This document shows positions 18,005 to 26,619 of a DNA stretch of 55,349 nucleotides, in pieces. Source of the DNA: Candidatus Heimdallarchaeota archaeon (GTDB taxonomy: Archaea; Asgardarchaeota; Heimdallarchaeia; Hodarchaeales; Hodarchaeaceae). Under the pieces are notes generated by a model. It had not been told where the DNA came from. It saw only the letters and a list, made by a program, of their open reading frames with translations, and did not search any database. Position numbers and translations under genes: made by a program. Every line of letters starts with the position of its first letter. Positions within the stretch are counted from its first letter, which is position 1. Location of the stretch: contig RDOB01000008.1 of assembly GCA_011364965.1 (NCBI GenBank), forward strand, positions 1 to 55,349, written 5' to 3'.

Positions 18005-18742
18005 TTGGCTAGTAATTCTGAAACCCCAATTATAGGCATTATCGTTAGTAGTTTTTCCGATGCTGGCCCTATTGTAATTTTTAATTCCTCAAAACAAGAA
18101 ATTTCTGAGGATCAGGCCCTAAATCTCTCCATTCGTGTTATGACAGTTATTGGAGAGCAGAGTGCAAACGAACTTTATGGTCCTTTCCCTGTTCCATCAA
18201 ATGATGAACTTCAGTGTCTTACTTATGTTTTTCGTGTGAAATCAACCTTTACTACGGATCCACGACTTTCAGAGCGTCCAACAGTGATAACCATTATTTT
18301 TAAAAGAATATTAAAACGAGAAATTTCACGAGCTCATGGATTAATACTTTCCTATCTTTCACAAATAACCTTAGATTTTAAGAACGAAGATGATCTAACT
18401 TCAGAGAATATGATGGATATTCACAAACGTTTATCGGCCCTTATATCTACAAATCCAGTACGAGTTTATTCTGTTGAGAATGATAAAATTCAGGAGCATA
18501 CGGAAACCTTAGAAGTCCCTTTGGATGCTTTTGCCATTGTAGATCTTCAAAAGAGCATAGTCTATCTTATTTCCGGACCTTTCACTTCTCCAATTAGGAA
18601 GCGTCAAATTAACATATTAATTGATACTTTAAACGAAAAAACGTACCGTCGACGTTTGAGTAAAAGAGTAATCGATTCAGAAGCAGAAACATTACAATTA
18701 TTGAATTTCTATGGTCTTAAACGCAGACAACAACAGTTTTAG
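18005..18742 (+). CDS. Hypothetical protein: longin/uDENN-like N-domain plus gelsolin-like C-domain
   Basis: IIVSSFSDAGP N-terminal motif; C-terminal DAFAIVD...IVYLISGPFTSPIRKR...helix...RVIDSEAE pattern. Confidence 0.5.
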   Translation: MASNSETPIIGIIVSSFSDAGPIVIFNSSKQEISEDQALNLSIRVMTVIGEQSANELYGPFPVPSNDELQCLTYVFRVKSTFTTDPRLSERPTVITIIFKRILKREISRAHGLILSYLSQITLDFKNEDDLTSENMMDIHKRLSALISTNPVRVYSVENDKIQEHTETLEVPLDAFAIVDLQKSIVYLISGPFTSPIRKRQINILIDTLNEKTYRRRLSKRVIDSEAETLQLLNFYGLKRRQQQF

Positions 18743-18752
18743 AGGAAGTACA

Positions 18753-19136
18753 ATGCAACTCGAATCCTCATATGGCATAGAACTTGAAGCTTTTATCGAT
18801 CTCATTCGATTAGTAACAGGTGCAAGTCCTGATAGACCTTCGTCAATCTTCAAATGGGAAGAAGCTTCAAAGTACTATTATGGATCTTTTGCAATTTTTC
18901 CAGGGTATTATGAACTGAGAGCATTACCTGTACTATTTTTTTGGGTATCAGATACCCCATTGGAATCAGAAAGTCAATCACTGGTAAAATATGATCTTCA
19001 AGCCAAAAGCAATCAAATTACATTTCTGAGTTTTTTGGAGGAAAAAGATTTAGAGAATGTCCATACTGGGTTGATAAGGTTTATTCCCATCGTTAAATTA
19101 AAACATCCTCCGAAAATTTTCTCCAATTTGGGATAA
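18753..19136 (+). CDS. Hypothetical protein (resembles small TACK/Asgard conserved proteins)
   Basis: In an operon between 18005 and trmI; IELEAFIDLIRLV...FIPIVKLK. Confidence 0.6.
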   Translation: MQLESSYGIELEAFIDLIRLVTGASPDRPSSIFKWEEASKYYYGSFAIFPGYYELRALPVLFFWVSDTPLESESQSLVKYDLQAKSNQITFLSFLEEKDLENVHTGLIRFIPIVKLKHPPKIFSNLG

Positions 19137-19147
19137 GAGGTTTTTTA

Positions 19148-19936
19148 TTGTTGCAAGAAGGAAACCTTGTAAAAATAACTGAATTAAAAACCCATCAGGG
19201 TAAATTCTGGATCGTATCACTTAAAAAAGGAGAGAAATTATCCACTCATTTAGGGGAGATTTCCCATGATGATATACTTCTTGCTTCTTATGGGGATACA
19301 GTCAACCTTACAAAAGGAGAGGTTGCTTTACTTAATCCAAATCCAAGGGATTTCATTCGAAATTTTAACCTTAAAACACAAATATTATATGAAGATGATT
19401 GTGCCATTGCTTGCAGTTTAGCTGGATTAAAACCAGGAATGAGAATTGGGGAAGCTGGAACAGGTTCGGGAGCTTTAACAGCCTTTCTTGCATATCAGAT
19501 TCAACCTGATGGTCAAATCTATTCTTTTGATGTCAACTCCATCCACTCGAAAAATGCACAGAAAAATCTTTGTAAAATTGGATTAGAAAAAAATGTAGAA
19601 TTCATAATACATGATATACGATATCCATTTGAAATTTCGGATTTAGATGCATTTTTCCTAGATTTTTCAACCCCTTTTGAAGCTATAAATATTGTTGCTT
19701 CGATGTTGAAGGGAGGGGGAAACCTTATTTCTTTTGTTCCTAATTGGGGCCAAGTAGAAACAACAGTGGAAAAAATAAACCAGAATCAAGAGCTACATCT
19801 TTTAAATGTTTTTGAAATAACGCGACGTAATTTTGTTGTTAATCCGGAAAGACATATTATGCGCCCAGTTTTTCGAGATTTGGTTTATTCAGGAATTTTG
19901 ATACATGCTACAAAACTCAATAAAATGGAGAAGTAA
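19148..19936 (+). CDS. trmI: tRNA (adenine-57/58-N1) methyltransferase
   Basis: THLGEISH, TQILY, EAGTGSGALT, DAFFLD. Confidence 0.93.
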   Translation: MLQEGNLVKITELKTHQGKFWIVSLKKGEKLSTHLGEISHDDILLASYGDTVNLTKGEVALLNPNPRDFIRNFNLKTQILYEDDCAIACSLAGLKPGMRIGEAGTGSGALTAFLAYQIQPDGQIYSFDVNSIHSKNAQKNLCKIGLEKNVEFIIHDIRYPFEISDLDAFFLDFSTPFEAINIVASMLKGGGNLISFVPNWGQVETTVEKINQNQELHLLNVFEITRRNFVVNPERHIMRPVFRDLVYSGILIHATKLNKMEK

Positions 19937-19943
19937 AGCAAAC

Positions 19944-20840
19944 TTGATCACTCTTCCGAAGGAACTTTATAGAAAATTTTTACAATTTGCTTTGGAGAAC
20001 GCTAATCCCATGGATCCATCAAGTTGGAGGGAGTGCATTGCATTAGTACTTGGAAGAATATCAGGAGATCATGTCGATGTAACTGATATTGTTCCAATTG
20101 GAGCTGGTTCTTCGATCTACGTGGATATAACGAATTATGAGAGGGTTTTTTCATTAATTCCTTTCAATAGAATTGACCAAGGCGAAGTTATAGTTGGATG
20201 GGCACATACTCACCCAGGATTAGGATTGTTTTTATCTGGAACTGACATTAGAACGCAAAAAAGCTATCAACAAATGCATACTCTGGCTTTCGCTCTAGTT
20301 CTTGACCCTTCAAAAATCACATCAGCATTTCCAGGATTTAATATATATCGATTAGATGACCTAGCAAATCCTTACATTGCTGAATACGAATTTAATGAAG
20401 AATTCGATTATTATAAGACTCAAGAAGATCTTGTTTCGGATTTGTACGTCACTCCTGTTCCTCCCCTAGAACCCTTTGCCGTCTCAAACGCTGAAATCTC
20501 ATGGAAAAACATCAATTTATCGTTATCAGGAAAGGAAATCCTTACAAAAGGACAATTATTTTTTATTGAACTTTCAATAAGTTTACCTTTTCGACAATAT
20601 ATTAGAATAGAATATGAAATTGAATCTAATCAAAATACAATTAATCCATTTAATACGCAAATGATAGATTCTAAAGGACAAATTCATGAAACAATTGATT
20701 CAGGAAGATTATGTATTCATTCGTTTAGGGCGAAAGAAGCGGGGAAATCAGAAGTTAAGGTTAAACACATAAAAATGACGGATTACAAAGGTACTTGCAA
20801 AGAAATGCCAAATCTTCTTCTAATATCCCAAATAGATTGA
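19944..20840 (+). CDS. JAMM/MPN+ metalloisopeptidase (Rpn11/CSN5-like) with C-terminal beta-sandwich
   Basis: Catalytic E (RECIALVLG) and GWAHTHPGLGLFLSGTD (HxH-x7-S-x2-D), ALVLDP; start moved to TTG 19944. Confidence 0.88.
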   Translation: MITLPKELYRKFLQFALENANPMDPSSWRECIALVLGRISGDHVDVTDIVPIGAGSSIYVDITNYERVFSLIPFNRIDQGEVIVGWAHTHPGLGLFLSGTDIRTQKSYQQMHTLAFALVLDPSKITSAFPGFNIYRLDDLANPYIAEYEFNEEFDYYKTQEDLVSDLYVTPVPPLEPFAVSNAEISWKNINLSLSGKEILTKGQLFFIELSISLPFRQYIRIEYEIESNQNTINPFNTQMIDSKGQIHETIDSGRLCIHSFRAKEAGKSEVKVKHIKMTDYKGTCKEMPNLLLISQID

Positions 20841-20848
20841 AGCAATAC

Positions 20849-21577
20849 CTAGCTCTCTGGTTCGTGAAACTTAAATCTGCCATAGACTCCCAGAATCAAG
20901 ATAGCGATGAATGCGACCATTACTCCGTAAAAGATATACAAAATGATATAGGGGGGAGTCGCATAACTTCGAACGAGATTAAATGATATATTACGGGGGT
21001 AGAAACTAACTTCAGGTACTTCATTCCCATCATAAATATGATAGACAACTCTAAATACAAATTTATAGGTTCCATATTCTGGTAGGTAGAGAGGAAATGT
21101 AAATGATTCAGCTTTTGACGAATTTGGAAGAAGAATAGTCTCTTCTGGTTCTTGATATCGATAGAAAGTCCCACCTACAATTGTTTGGTTACCTTCTTCC
21201 CCTGATAATACTTGATAGACATCTACTGCAAATTCATGCACCACAATAGTATCTAGTCTACTAAAAAGAGTAGCATATGTTGTGTTGATCCGAATATCAG
21301 TTCCATTTAGAATTTGAGGAAGTGGATTTTGTTCTTCAAAATTCTCTGAAACTATGGTTTCCTCCACTAATTCCTCAAGTGATACAAATCTCCTATTATA
21401 CCAAGCTTCAATATTTAACTGCTGTATTTCTAGTAGTTTCAGATCATTCGTGATTTTAGTTTTTAGAGGGTTCTCTTTAACTAAGGATGCAACTGGTTCA
21501 TCATTTCCGATAAAAAATGCCAAAACTAATATGATAAGCACTATGTGTCCGATAATTCTTTTCACTCGATGTTCCAA
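20849..21577 (-). CDS. Type I membrane protein, candidate TRAP-alpha (SSR1) homolog
   Basis: N-terminal hydrophobic segment, acidic stretch, beta-rich domain with NxS/T sequons, C-terminal TM. Confidence 0.5.
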   Translation of the reverse strand: MEHRVKRIIGHIVLIILVLAFFIGNDEPVASLVKENPLKTKITNDLKLLEIQQLNIEAWYNRRFVSLEELVEETIVSENFEEQNPLPQILNGTDIRINTTYATLFSRLDTIVVHEFAVDVYQVLSGEEGNQTIVGGTFYRYQEPEETILLPNSSKAESFTFPLYLPEYGTYKFVFRVVYHIYDGNEVPEVSFYPRNISFNLVRSYATPPYIILYIFYGVMVAFIAILILGVYGRFKFHEPES

Positions 21578-21710
21578 CCTATTCAGTCTTTTAAAAAACC
21601 CTAATTGTATGAAAACAAACCGTTCAGGTCTTTTCTAATGTTATCTTTAACTTTTTTTAATCTTGAGATATGAACATAATTTTTCTGGGAATTGAAAATA
21701 AATAACTCCT

Positions 21711-22331
21711 TTAACTAGATTCAAAAAGGATTTTATGCAGCTCATTTCTAACCGATTCAGATCGTCGTTCTAAAATGGCCGAGATTGAATTATTAACCTC
21801 CAATTCTCCTTTCCTAAGAATAAAGCCACCAGAGGGTAATGAATCATTAGTCGAGTTCACTGAAATTAAAGTTGTCACACCTGTTTTTTTTGATACTATT
21901 TTTTCGATCCTCGCAATATCCAATAAATCAGAATCTTCACTTGCAATTTCAAGATTCAATTTACCACCCTCTAAAGTTATACTTGCTTGTTCTATTTGCT
22001 TTTGAATCGCCAGAGAATATTCTTTTGATTTACTTTCTCTCAATCGTTGAATGTTCTTTAAAGCTGAAGTTAAAACCTCTTGAATAATAGTTTCTTTGAA
22101 TTTGCTTAGTTCAATATTGTTTTTAATTTTTATTTTTGATAGTTCTCTTTGGATCAATTTTTCAGTTGATTTCAACCTCTTATCTGCAATCTTGTTTTTA
22201 TTTTGAGTAGCTTCTTCATCAGCTTGGTTTATAATCTTCTCAGCTTCGTTTCTAGCTGCCAAAATAATAGTTTTCGCTTTTTCCTCCGCTTCCTTAATGA
22301 TTTCCACTTCAAAATCATCAATTTCTGACAT
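21711..22331 (-). CDS. atpE: A/V-type ATP synthase subunit E
   Basis: N-terminal IIKEAEEKAKTII coiled coil; C-terminal GGFIL...EVNNSISAILE. Confidence 0.88.
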   Translation of the reverse strand: MSEIDDFEVEIIKEAEEKAKTIILAARNEAEKIINQADEEATQNKNKIADKRLKSTEKLIQRELSKIKIKNNIELSKFKETIIQEVLTSALKNIQRLRESKSKEYSLAIQKQIEQASITLEGGKLNLEIASEDSDLLDIARIEKIVSKKTGVTTLISVNSTNDSLPSGGFILRKGELEVNNSISAILERRSESVRNELHKILFESS

Positions 22332-22399
22332 AAAAATCCCTTAAAATATTCTAATTGAATAATTTTTCAAATTTCCAAGGTGATTCTAAACACTATTCC

Positions 22400-23432
22400 C
22401 TATTCCAATTTCATTATTGGATATTTAGTATCTAACAATTCTCCAACAATTGATCGAATTTGTTTCTGTGTTTCTTTAATCTCGCTTAAATCGAAGAATT
22501 TACTCATTTCCTTTTCAATTAGAAATTCTGGATCATTTTTACCATCTTCAGAGAGTATTAGGAATATTTCTTTCTCTATCACTCCTCGGGAGAATTTTCC
22601 TCTAATTAAATCAAAAATGATTTCATGAGCGAGCATAATTTCGAGCTGACGTGGAGAGATCCGATTCACGACAGCTTCTGTGAGAACTAAAACAGAAAAA
22701 TTCTCATTAACTCTATTTGAGGAATTCAATGTAAATATAGGAATAACTAAAGGATCAAATCTATTCTCTACGATGGTTTGAAATAGATAACCGTCCACAT
22801 TGATACGGTATTTCTTTGCAATGATTTGGGAATACTCTTTTAAATTGGAATGAATATTTGCGAAGAGCCCTCTTGCACTTTCTTAATTCAGAGAGATATC
22901 GGATCCTTCCTGTCTGATAATTCTCCTCAATTGTACTAGTAGGTATGATCTGTAACCCCATTCGTACTCTCATCCGTAATTGAATCTCTAGCTTCTCCGT
23001 AAAGTCTTCATAGGGAATTACTTCTCTATTTTGCACTCTCACAGGTGGTAATTTTTTTATTTCTGCAAAAGCTAAGATCTCTGATTCCAATGTAGGTTTC
23101 TTTTCACAAAGAATGTACCTTAAAACAGCCCCGAAATATTCCATCCCTGTCTGTAAAGCAAGTGAATCAAAAGACTGGAATACTGGGATCGAAAATACGA
23201 TTATTAAAAAGGTTTGATCATCTTCAGTAAAGATTTTAAAATAAAATGGACTTATTTTCTTATTTTCCCGTTGAATTAAGCCATTTACACCAAAGAATCT
23301 GACTTGGTCAATGACATCCAATAAATCATCACACTGGAGATTCACACGCTCAAATTCAGAGGCCATCCATTCTTCAATGGTTAAGCGAAGTGAAAATAAT
23401 TGGCCAGGGGAGATTTTATCAGATGAACTCAT
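22400..23432 (-). pseudogene. Hypothetical gene split by a +1 frameshift (ORFs 22761..23432 and 22400..22798); degenerate zincin-like motif
   Basis: The downstream frame is open back to TAA at 22885-22883 with protein-like sequence, while the upstream ORF tail looks out of frame; LAHEI motif. Confidence 0.55.
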
Positions 23433-23494
23433 TTGAGTTGCTTTTCAAAAAGGGGAATAAAAAAATTTAGCTAATATTTCTGCACCTCACTTTT

Positions 23495-24517
23495 CTAATA
23501 CCTCATCCCCGCTTTACGATATGCAACCCAGAAGAGGAAAAGAAATATGCTAAATGCAACTAAGATAGCAGTAGATCGACTTATCTGTTCTAAGGGTCCC
23601 GAGAAGAAGTTAATCGCTTGAAAGATGACTAGAGTAATCCAACCAGATAGACTAGTCGAATCTTTTGAAATTAATCCTTTCCAATACCTCAGAATCAACA
23701 TAAGAATACCTAATATTACTGCAAAGATATGTATCCAGTAAAGAAATATACCAAAAGTAACTTCATAGATAAGATATATTGTTTCCAAAATCAAGAAAGC
23801 GGTAAGGGATGAAATTGTTATCAAGAAAGTTGGTATCTCTACTGATCGGTCAACTTGTTGAGCACCTTCATATATTAAATAAATTACTCCTCCAAAGGTC
23901 GCACAATCCGCCAATATCAATGCAGAGGTATATAATACATCTATTTGATAGTTCCATAAAGTGATTAATTTGAAAAAGAAATCCAATACTCCAGATTGAG
24001 GAGTTGTTAAATTGTAACCGAAAAAGAATCCAATTACCACTAGTAGGGGGAGGGGTAAATATAAACATGTTAGGACCCATGTTTTACGTTTCCGTGAGAT
24101 CAATTTTCCTTCTTCCCGCCACCCCAACAGATAGACAGCGATGAAGTAACCGCCAAATAACGAAATTACTGGTGTAATAAGAGGAAACATGAAAATTATA
24201 CCAACAATGAAGTTGAAACCATAAAAAGCTTTAATTGTTGTTGGTAACCGCCAAACTTCCCTTCCAAAGGTCTCATATGCATCTCCTATTTGATATCTTT
24301 TACCATAAGTCCAGAAAAGAAAAGGAAACGACAGAATAAGAGGCCCAATTCCATATACAAGAATGTCGGATATTATTTTCAGCTCAGGTGTGTCAAAAAA
24401 CCAGATAACCCCTCCCACAAATATAAATGATAATAAATAGAAATAAACTGGGATTAAAAGAAATTGTACAATCACAACTAAGCGGCCGTAATGAATATAG
24501 CTCTCATAATCACTCAA
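23495..24517 (-). CDS. Multi-pass membrane hypothetical protein
   Basis: About 9-10 hydrophobic segments in 340 aa; no recognised motif. Confidence 0.75.
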   Translation of the reverse strand: MSDYESYIHYGRLVVIVQFLLIPVYFYLLSFIFVGGVIWFFDTPELKIISDILVYGIGPLILSFPFLFWTYGKRYQIGDAYETFGREVWRLPTTIKAFYGFNFIVGIIFMFPLITPVISLFGGYFIAVYLLGWREEGKLISRKRKTWVLTCLYLPLPLLVVIGFFFGYNLTTPQSGVLDFFFKLITLWNYQIDVLYTSALILADCATFGGVIYLIYEGAQQVDRSVEIPTFLITISSLTAFLILETIYLIYEVTFGIFLYWIHIFAVILGILMLILRYWKGLISKDSTSLSGWITLVIFQAINFFSGPLEQISRSTAILVAFSIFLFLFWVAYRKAGMRY

Positions 24518-24675
24518 ATTAATTCCTTCTTTGTATAGTCAATCGTCGTAAATTTAGATTGCTATTGAGATATAAAAACATAACGTAGACGGTAGTTAAA
24601 ATTAATATTCTGAAGAGCAATTTTAAGAAGTCCGTCTTTGAGGGCTTGATTCAGATATTTTGGGAGAAGATATTT

Positions 24676-24987
24676 ATGGTACCAACTCAAAAAGAAGAGA
24701 AATTCCCTTATAAATCGGATTATTATCATCTTATTAAAGGTAAGACAATCTCACGCCGAGGTCGATGGTGGACAGCCGTTTTATTAGTTCAAAATGTAGA
24801 TGATGCTGATAAACGTGTAGTAATTATCCAAAGATGGCAGAAACGTAATCGTGCCGATCCAGATGCTGAAGGAAATATCACCACATATTGGGCAGCTTCC
24901 AAAGCATTTACTTTAAACTCTAGTAAACCTTGGGAAATTCTAAAAGAAACTGTGGACTCTTGGCTTGAAACAAATGATTGGGAATAG
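24676..24987 (+). CDS. Small Trp/Arg-rich hypothetical protein, possible PC4/PUR-like nucleic-acid-binding fold
   Basis: Beta strands followed by a C-terminal helix (PWEILKETVDSWL); ATG after GGGAG. Confidence 0.55.
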   Translation: MVPTQKEEKFPYKSDYYHLIKGKTISRRGRWWTAVLLVQNVDDADKRVVIIQRWQKRNRADPDAEGNITTYWAASKAFTLNSSKPWEILKETVDSWLETNDWE

Positions 24988-25063
24988 AGGGATTTTCCCT
25001 CTTCAACCTAAATCCGTTCTAATTTTGTCCCAGACTTGATGAGTTATTTTTTTAGCTCTTCCA

Positions 25064-26395
25064 TTATACTATCTTAATATACTCGTATGCTCGTCTTTGA
25101 GATTCAAAACCATAATGAATTGTTTGAAAATCTTGTCGAAAATCAGCAATATCCTGAGCAATTTTTTTCGGATCTATATGATCAATTAAAACCTGTTTGA
25201 AAAATTCCGCAATAGTTTCCATTTCCTTTTGTTTCATCCCCAATCGAGTTATTTCTTGAGTACCAATTCGAATGCCACCAGGATTTAGATAATTCCGTTT
25301 CTCAATGACATCCCATGGTAGAAGATTTCTATTTGCTATAATGCTTGCTTTTTCCAACAGCTGTTCAACATCAGCTCCAAGGCCTATAGAATCCTGAAAG
25401 TTACTGATATCTACTAACAATGTATGTGATTCCGTGAAACCCTTGTCGGGACAAACAACTTGGAAACCTCTCTCGTATAGATATTGTCCTAATGCTTTTG
25501 CATTAGTAATAATTTGTTTTGAATAAGCTTCTCCAAATTTTTTAAATTCTGCTGCAGCGACAGCTAATCCAGCTACATGCATGAGATGGTGATTTGATGT
25601 CATTCCAGGAAAAGCGGCTGATTTAATTTTTTCAGCGAGTTCTTCTCTTGAAGCAATGACTATTCCTTTTTGAGGACCAGGAAATGTTTTATGAGTGGAC
25701 ATAGTCATGGTATCCGTACCTTCCCTTAGTGGATCTTGGAACTGTTTTCCTGCAATTAAACCAGCCACATGTGCAGCATCATAATTTATATGAGCTCCAA
25801 CTTCATGTGCAATTTCGGCTAACTCCTTTACAGGATGGGGAAACAGAAACACACTTGCACCAAATTGCACTAGCTTGGGTTTCTTTTCTTGTATAGCTAA
25901 CTTGGCTTTATCAATATCGATATTTAATCCATAACGATCAAATGGTAAATATTGAACATTTAATCGGGCAACTGCTCCTGCTGTACCTCCAATGAATGAT
26001 CCAGTAGAAGCTTTAAGAGGGCCAGAACTGATATGTCCTCCCACAGGGATAGATATCGCCATCATAACATCATTTGCTTGAGTGAACGCTGTATAGACCG
26101 TAAGATTAGCAACAACACCCGAAATAGGACGGGCATCGATGAATGGGGAGTTATAAAGTTCACGTAATAGTTTCAGGCATAATTCTTCTACATCATCAAA
26201 GTATTCATTACCTGGATAGACTCTCTCACCTATCCAACCTTCTGCATATCGATGAGCGAGATCACTTATTGCCAATTCTCGTACAGCAGGACTTGTAAGA
26301 TTTTCACTAGCAATTAATGGTATAGCATTATTCCAATATTTGTGATGCTTTTCCAAAATATTTCTGATTTTAAGAAAATCAGGATCATGTGACAT
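25064..26395 (-). CDS. glyA: Serine hydroxymethyltransferase (archaeal type)
   Basis: LIASEN, RYAEG, YDAAHVAGL, PLP lysine STHKTFPGPQ, GIRIGT. Confidence 0.97.
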   Translation of the reverse strand: MSHDPDFLKIRNILEKHHKYWNNAIPLIASENLTSPAVRELAISDLAHRYAEGWIGERVYPGNEYFDDVEELCLKLLRELYNSPFIDARPISGVVANLTVYTAFTQANDVMMAISIPVGGHISSGPLKASTGSFIGGTAGAVARLNVQYLPFDRYGLNIDIDKAKLAIQEKKPKLVQFGASVFLFPHPVKELAEIAHEVGAHINYDAAHVAGLIAGKQFQDPLREGTDTMTMSTHKTFPGPQKGIVIASREELAEKIKSAAFPGMTSNHHLMHVAGLAVAAAEFKKFGEAYSKQIITNAKALGQYLYERGFQVVCPDKGFTESHTLLVDISNFQDSIGLGADVEQLLEKASIIANRNLLPWDVIEKRNYLNPGGIRIGTQEITRLGMKQKEMETIAEFFKQVLIDHIDPKKIAQDIADFRQDFQTIHYGFESQRRAYEYIKIV

Positions 26396-26619
26396 ATATT
26401 ACTCACCTTTTTTTGTTTTCCTTTATATGTTGACACCTTTCTGTTTCTTTCCTTTATATTTTTCCTCTCGTTTACTCTGAAAGCTTCGTTTTTTCCTTTT
26501 TTTATTTATATTGAAATAAAGATAATCAACCAAGATATCCTAACATATACAAATTATAAAAGAATTCTGAAGAAACTGTCTATTGGTCTTATTATCATTC
26601 AAAATTTCATCTAAATGTT

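Noticed and set aside
26396-26619. Glycine riboswitch upstream of gcvT, glyA or gcvPA
   Set aside because: No GGAGA...CCGAAG...CTCTCAGG core on either strand; the regions are too AT-rich
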